Assembly (NCBI GenBank): GCA_938038825.1
Contig: CALHST010000150.1
Location: 1 to 33,616 of the forward strand
Reading direction: 5' to 3'
DNA: 33,616 nt
From: an uncultured Rhodobacteraceae bacterium
Lineage (GTDB): Bacteria > Pseudomonadota > Alphaproteobacteria > Rhodobacterales > Rhodobacteraceae
A program made the translations under genes and the position numbers. Positions 28,183 through 33,616 of this stretch are shown in pieces. The notes under the pieces were generated by a model. That model saw only the letters and a program-made list of their open reading frames with translations, made no database searches and had not been told where the DNA came from. Numbering within the stretch: position 1 is the first letter of the stretch; the number at the start of each line of letters is the position of its first letter.

Positions 28183-30681
28183 TCAATCGAGCGAACGCTC
28201 GATCTCTTCGCGTTCGAAGATCTCGATCACGTCTTTCGGGCGGATGTCGTCGTAGTTTTCGAACGCCATACCACATTCCTGACCCGACTGAACTTCTGCG
28301 ACTTCATCTTTGAAGCGCTTCAGCGTTTTCAGCGTGCCTTCGTGGATCACAACGTTGTCGCGCAACAGGCGAACACCTGCAGAACGTCGCGCCACACCTT
28401 CGGTGACCAAACAACCCGCGACTTTACCAACATTGGATACTTTGAAGACCTCTTTGATCTCGGAGTAACCGATAAAGTTTTCGCGCACTTCCGCAGACAA
28501 CAGACCCGAGGCCGCAGCTTTCACATCGTCCACAAGGTCATAGATCACAGAATAGTACCGGATCTCGACGCTCTTTTGGTTTGCCGTATTCCGGGCCGAT
28601 GCGTTTGCACGCACGTTAAAGCCCATGATTGGCGCACCTGACGCCTCGGCCAGACCAACATCCGTTTCCGTGATGGCACCAACACCCGAGTGCAGCACGC
28701 GAACACGGACTTCATCGTTGCCGATTTTTTCCATCGCTTGAACGATTGCTTCGGCAGAACCCTGCACATCCGCTTTGACCAAGATTGGCAATTCCGACAC
28801 GTTTTCATCTGCTTTGGCTTTCGCCAGCAACTGATCCAATGTCGTCGCCGCACCAGCAGCAGCCCGTTTGTCTTTGGCGGCTTGCTGACGATACTCGGCA
28901 ATCTCACGCGCTTGCGCTTCGGTGTCGACCACGTTCAGAACATCGCCTGCTTCGGGTGTACCGTTCAGACCCAACACCTCAACAGGAACAGATGGACCGG
29001 CTTCTTTCACACGGTCGCCCTGATCGTTTTCCATCGCGCGGACTTTACCCCATTGTTCACCAACAACGAAGATATCGCCCTGTTTCAGCGTCCCGTTCTG
29101 AACCAGAACTGTGGCCACAGGTCCACGACCCACGTCCAACTTGGCTTCGATCACCGCACCAGACGCTGCACGCGTTGGGTTGGCCTTCAATTCCAAAAGC
29201 TCAGATTGCAGCGAAATCGCCTCAAGCAATTGCTCTAGACCAGTGCCATTGATGGCCGACACTTCAACATCCTGCACTTCGCCGGACATTTTTTCGACGA
29301 TCACTTCATGCTGCAACAGATCCGTCCGCACTTTGTCAGGGTTTGCTGCCGGGCGGTCGATCTTGTTGATCGCCACAATCATCGGAACGTCAGCCGCTTT
29401 GGCGTGGTTAATCGCCTCGATCGTCTGAGGCATCACTGCGTCATCTGCAGCCACCACCAGAACAACGATGTCCGTCACTTGTGCACCGCGCGAGCGCATT
29501 GACGTAAACGCCGCGTGGCCCGGAGTATCCAAGAATGTCAGCTTCGCGTCGTCTTGCTCAACCTGATAGGCACCAATGTGCTGCGTAATTCCACCAGCTT
29601 CGCCAGCAACCACTTTCGCATTGCGGATTGCATCCAGCAAAGATGTCTTGCCGTGGTCAACGTGGCCCATGATGGTGATGACCGGGGGACGTGCCGCCAG
29701 ATCGCCTTCATCATCTTCGACCGAGTCGATAACATCTTCAACATCCGCATCCGAAACACGTTGAACGTTGTGACCAAACTCTTCGATCAGCAGTTCCGCA
29801 GTATCAGCGTCGATGGATTGGTTCTGCGTCGCCATGATGCCGTTGTTCATCAACGCCTTCACAACATCCGCAACCCGTTCCGACATCCGGTTGGCCAATT
29901 CAGACACAACAATCGCTTCGGGCAGTTGTACTGTACGAACAACCTTTTCCCGCTCTTGTGTGCCGCCCATTGCTTTTTGACGGGCCCGTTCCTGTTTGCG
30001 CTTCATCGCAGCCATAGACCGCTGGCGACCACCTTCTGCACCAGACAACGCCTGGTTCAGTGTCAACTTACCACTGCGACGACCATCATCATTTCCCCGA
30101 CCACGGGTGTTGCGTTGTTGTTCACGCTCCCGCTCATTTTTGCGCGGTGTTGCCGCTGGAACTGGTTTGTTCGCAGGGGATGGACGGCTTTGATTTTCTA
30201 CGGGACGCGCCACCGCTTGCTGGGCTTCGGCTGCAGCCCGTTGGGCTGCCTCTTCCGCAGCTTTCTTCGCGTTGGCTTCTTCTTCCGCTTTCGCCTTCAG
30301 AGCTTCTTCGCGTTCCCGCTCTTCTCTCTCTTTGGCTTCAATTTCTGCACGGCGGCGTTCACGGTCTTCTGCGCGCGCCTTTTCTTCAGCCTGACGCTTC
30401 GCTGATTCCTCAACTTCGCGCACCTTGGCCGCTTGAACCGCTTTTAGACGACGCTCCATCTCGGCATCAGAAATGCCGGCTGGCCGTTTGGACGGGTCAC
30501 CCAATGCAGGATTCATACCGGACGGTTTGCCCGCACCCGGTTTTGGCACCACCACGCGTTTGCGTTTGGTTTCAACCACCACATTTTTGGTCCGGCCATG
30601 GCTAAAGCTTTGCTTTACATTGCCGGGACGAGATCCGCCGCCCCGAAGACCAAGTGTTTTTTTGCCGTCGCTATCGCTCAT
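28183..30681 (-). CDS. infB: Translation initiation factor IF-2
   Basis: [51 protein letters not shown]. Confidence 0.99.
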   Translation of the reverse strand: MSDSDGKKTLGLRGGGSRPGNVKQSFSHGRTKNVVVETKRKRVVVPKPGAGKPSGMNPALGDPSKRPAGISDAEMERRLKAVQAAKVREVEESAKRQAEEKARAEDRERRRAEIEAKEREEREREEALKAKAEEEANAKKAAEEAAQRAAAEAQQAVARPVENQSRPSPANKPVPAATPRKNEREREQQRNTRGRGNDDGRRSGKLTLNQALSGAEGGRQRSMAAMKRKQERARQKAMGGTQEREKVVRTVQLPEAIVVSELANRMSERVADVVKALMNNGIMATQNQSIDADTAELLIEEFGHNVQRVSDADVEDVIDSVEDDEGDLAARPPVITIMGHVDHGKTSLLDAIRNAKVVAGEAGGITQHIGAYQVEQDDAKLTFLDTPGHAAFTSMRSRGAQVTDIVVLVVAADDAVMPQTIEAINHAKAADVPMIVAINKIDRPAANPDKVRTDLLQHEVIVEKMSGEVQDVEVSAINGTGLEQLLEAISLQSELLELKANPTRAASGAVIEAKLDVGRGPVATVLVQNGTLKQGDIFVVGEQWGKVRAMENDQGDRVKEAGPSVPVEVLGLNGTPEAGDVLNVVDTEAQAREIAEYRQQAAKDKRAAAGAATTLDQLLAKAKADENVSELPILVKADVQGSAEAIVQAMEKIGNDEVRVRVLHSGVGAITETDVGLAEASGAPIMGFNVRANASARNTANQKSVEIRYYSVIYDLVDDVKAAASGLLSAEVRENFIGYSEIKEVFKVSNVGKVAGCLVTEGVARRSAGVRLLRDNVVIHEGTLKTLKRFKDEVAEVQSGQECGMAFENYDDIRPKDVIEIFEREEIERSLD

Positions 30682-30686
30682 AGAGA

Positions 30687-31313
30687 CTATTTTCCTTCCC
30701 GACGGCCCTTGCCGTCATCGCTTACCGGGCGAAAACCCTTCAGCCGTCCCGCTTCCTCTACAACACGCTTACTGAGTCCACCAGAGGCGAGGGCCCCATG
30801 TATCACAGTTTGGCGTCCAAATGCCAATCCAAGCTCATCCGCTGATAGACAACCGATGTATTTGCCAAAATGCGGCGTAGAAAGCTTTGATTTTCCCCGC
30901 CCAGATCCATCGCTGGCTTGGATAAGCACCCAAGCCCGTTCCTGATCTAGCCAAGATTTTACTTTTTCGTATCCGGCCACTGCATCCGCGGATTTTCGTG
31001 CCAGTGAAATCATGTTCACAACACGCCGCGTCAGTTGCCGTTCTACTTCGTCCACCAAACCATCTGGAACCGTTACCGGTGCCTTGGCCCCACGGGCAAA
31101 GAGATTTTTCTTCACAGCTGTTTCAAGCGCATCCCGGTTCGAAGCAACATAAAAGCCTCGACCCGGAAGTTTGCTTGCAATGTCCGGAACAACTTGTCCT
31201 TCCGGACCAGCAACAAAGCGGATCAGCTCCGCTTTTGAGCGCACCTCACCTGTCGCAATGCATTTGCGTTCCGGACCGTGTTCTTGGTCCTTGGGTTGGC
31301 CACCGCGCCCCAT
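30687..31313 (-). CDS. ylxR: YlxR (DUF448) RNA-binding protein fused to an L7Ae-like domain
   Basis: [24 protein letters not shown], then ISLARKS...AGYEKV and ELGLAFGR. Lies between nusA and infB. Confidence 0.85.
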   Translation of the reverse strand: MGRGGQPKDQEHGPERKCIATGEVRSKAELIRFVAGPEGQVVPDIASKLPGRGFYVASNRDALETAVKKNLFARGAKAPVTVPDGLVDEVERQLTRRVVNMISLARKSADAVAGYEKVKSWLDQERAWVLIQASDGSGRGKSKLSTPHFGKYIGCLSADELGLAFGRQTVIHGALASGGLSKRVVEEAGRLKGFRPVSDDGKGRREGK

Positions 31314-31335
31314 GTCATCACCGAAAAGTGGAGGC

Positions 31336-32961
31336 CTATTCGGCCTCCGCCTCCTCTAGTTCGGCAGTGCCATCGTCTTCGCCTTCGGCCGCAGCCTCAA
31401 GTTCAGATGGATCCACCCAGCCCAGTAGTACCCGAGCAGTCATGACCATATGTTGCGCTTCCTCTAATGATACGTCGAACGGTTCCAGCAAACCATCGTC
31501 TTTGATGCGCTCGCCGTTGTCGGTTGTCCAGCCACCAGCCAGTTCCCAATCTGCACAAGTCGCAAAGTCTTCCAGCGTTTTCACACCATCTTTGACCAGT
31601 GCTTCCACCATTTGGGGGCTGAGGCCTTCGAATTCAATAAGGCTGTCTTCGGCACCCAATTCACGGGCCGCCGCCAACGCCTTGGCTGCTTGTGCTTCCA
31701 GATAGTCTTTGGCGCGCGCCTGCAATTCACTTGCCGTGGCTTCGTCTACCCCGTCAATGACCAACAATTCGTCGACCTCGACATAAGCAACCTCTTCCAA
31801 GTTGGTAAAGCCTTCGGCAACCAACAACTGGGCAAAGAATTCGTCCAGGTCCAGCGTGTCCATGAACAACTTGGTACGCAGTTCAAATTCGGCCTGACGA
31901 CGGGCAGATTCTTCTGCCTCTGTCACAATGTCGATGTCCAAATTTGTCAGCTGAGACGCAAGACGCACGTTTTGACCTCGGCGGCCAATCGCAAGCGACA
32001 GCTGTTCTTCCGGAACAACCACTTCAATCTTGCCAGCTTCTTCGTCCAGAACAACCTTAGACACTTCTGCAGGTTGCAGCGCATTCACAAGGAACGTTGG
32101 CTGATCTTCATTCCACGGAATGATGTCGATTTTTTCACCCTGAAGCTCGTTCACCACGGCCTGAACCCGGCTACCGCGCATACCAACGCAAGCACCAACA
32201 GGGTCGATCGAGTTGTCATAGGAAATCACAGCAATCTTCGCGCGTGATCCGGGATCCCGAGCGACGGCTTTAATGTCGATGATACCGTCGTAAATTTCTG
32301 GCACTTCCATCTTGAACAGTTCCGCCATGAATTCTGGCGCTGTCCGGCTTAGGAAAATCTGCGGCCCACGCTGTTCGCGGCGCACGTCTTTGATGAAACA
32401 CCGGATACGATCATTCGGCCGATAGCTTTCGCGGCCGATCTTTTCGTTGCGACGCAACACGCCCTCACCAGGGTTCAGATCGACAATCACGTTGCCATAT
32501 TCTTCGCGCTTCACCAGCACGTTGATGATGGTGCCTGTCTTGTCTTTGTACTCTTCGAACTGCTTGTCGCGTTCAGCTTCGCGGACCTTTTGCAGAATAA
32601 CCTGCTTGGCAGACTGCGCCGCGATGCGACCCATTTCAACGGGCGGAACTTCTTACACAAAAGTCTGACCGACTTCTGGATTTTCCATGTATTGCTTGGC
32701 CTGCTCGACCGTGAACTCAGCCTGATAATTCTCAAGCTCTTCTTCTTCGACAACAGTGCGCACGCGGGTAAAAGTTGCACGACCGGTTTTGCGGTCGATG
32801 CTGACACGAATGTCCATCTCAGCGCCATAGCGAGACTTTGCAGCCCGCGCGAGCGATTCTTCCATCGCTTCGATAACCAAGCCCGGCTCGATCATCTTTT
32901 CACGTGCAACTGCCTCGGCTGTCTGCAGCAACTCAAGCTGGTTTGCGGATGTAATGGCCAT
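31336..32961 (-). pseudogene. nusA: NusA (541 codons) interrupted as sequenced by one in-frame TAA at 32653-32655; probably a sequence error
   Basis: Track ORFs 32653..32961 and 31336..32634 are in the same frame and read ...GQTFV*EVPPVEMGRIAAQSAKQ.... S1, KH1 (ARDPGSRAK, GACVGMRGSR), KH2 (AIGRRGQNVRLA) and the acidic repeats are intact. Confidence 0.9.
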
Positions 32962-33536
32962 TAGGTGTCCTCCTCTGACCCGTCGTGTTCAATTTCGTCA
33001 AAGTCCGCTTCGTTGAGCGTCCCTGCAGCTTTGCGCTGCTTTAGCATTTCCTTGATCAGCTCATCTGTCAGCACCAATTTGGCATCGCTGAGCCAGTCGA
33101 ATTTCAATCCCACAGTGCCTTCATCAATATTGATCAGCACTTCATCCCCATCGACGCCTGCCAACACACCTTTGAAGCGACGGCGCCCGTCGATCAAGTC
33201 TGCCGTTTCCATTTTGGCGTCATAACCTTCGTACTCAGCAAAGTCCTTCAACCTGGTTAACGGACGGTCAATACCAGGGGAAGACACTTCCAACGTATAA
33301 GCATCCAGAATGGGATCTTCCACATCCAGCGTGGCACTGATCATTGTGGACACTTTGGCGCAGTCATCGACCTCGATACCGCCGTCAGCTCTGTCCACCA
33401 TCACCTGCAAAATCGGAGTCTTCCCACCCATCAAGCGCACGCGCACAAGTTCAAACCCCATGTCCTCGATCATCGGAGTGATGATTTCGGCCACACGGCG
33501 ATCCATAGCAGCTTTGGCGATCAGGTCGTTGGACAT
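32961..33536 (-). CDS. rimP: Ribosome maturation factor RimP
   Basis: [47 protein letters not shown] overlap with nusA. Confidence 0.97.
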   Translation of the reverse strand: MSNDLIAKAAMDRRVAEIITPMIEDMGFELVRVRLMGGKTPILQVMVDRADGGIEVDDCAKVSTMISATLDVEDPILDAYTLEVSSPGIDRPLTRLKDFAEYEGYDAKMETADLIDGRRRFKGVLAGVDGDEVLINIDEGTVGLKFDWLSDAKLVLTDELIKEMLKQRKAAGTLNEADFDEIEHDGSEEDT

Positions 33537-33553
33537 GGTATCCTTGCAAGCAC

Positions 33554-33576
33554 AAAAAAACGGGCGCGCGGCCCGT
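33554..33576 (-). terminator. Intrinsic terminator-like hairpin just upstream of rimP
   Basis: Minus strand ACGGGC-CGCGC-GCCCGT-TTTTTT ends 17 nt before the rimP ATG. Confidence 0.7.
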
Positions 33577-33616
33577 CGATATTTCCCGGTGGAGCGTCAG
33601 GTTTGGACCCCAGCGC

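Noticed and set aside
30230-30430. Repetitive E/A/K/R-rich coding stretch
   Set aside because: Normal low-complexity helical region of the IF-2 N-terminus, not a DNA repeat array.
28342-30605. Plus-strand ORFs up to 296 aa opposite infB
   Set aside because: Antisense shadows of a conserved gene with no recognisable motifs.
31336-32961. Stop-codon reassignment or a programmed frameshift in nusA
   Set aside because: Both parts are in the same frame, and TAA terminates many other genes here (lptB, hpf, dnaJ, rimP).

Overview
Mostly core-genome DNA from an alphaproteobacterium; gene order and protein sequences suggest Rhodobacteraceae/Roseobacter group (inferred). In order: rnd-kdsD-lptC-lptA-lptB-hpf-ptsN (no rpoN); a minus-strand surface-glycan block (cysQ, kdsB, galU, two GT2 paralogs, a GT14 fusion, a two-domain sulfotransferase) with a divergent KpsM-like permease; alkB divergent from dnaK-dnaJ-GNAT-radC; a PBP-OmpA fusion with an uncharacterised partner; secA, a parvulin PPIase, argJ, mutT, a 44-aa ORF missing from the track; and the rimP-nusA-ylxR-infB operon. 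I saw no mobile element, CRISPR array or RNA gene. Most notable: (1) a putative sulfated-glycan system in which the GT14 C-terminal domain appears to be a degenerate copy of the neighbouring sulfotransferase domain; (2) one in-frame TAA splitting nusA; (3) several CtrA-like boxes and a perfect CRP-type box; (4) the small ORF. All homology calls are by eye, without database searches.
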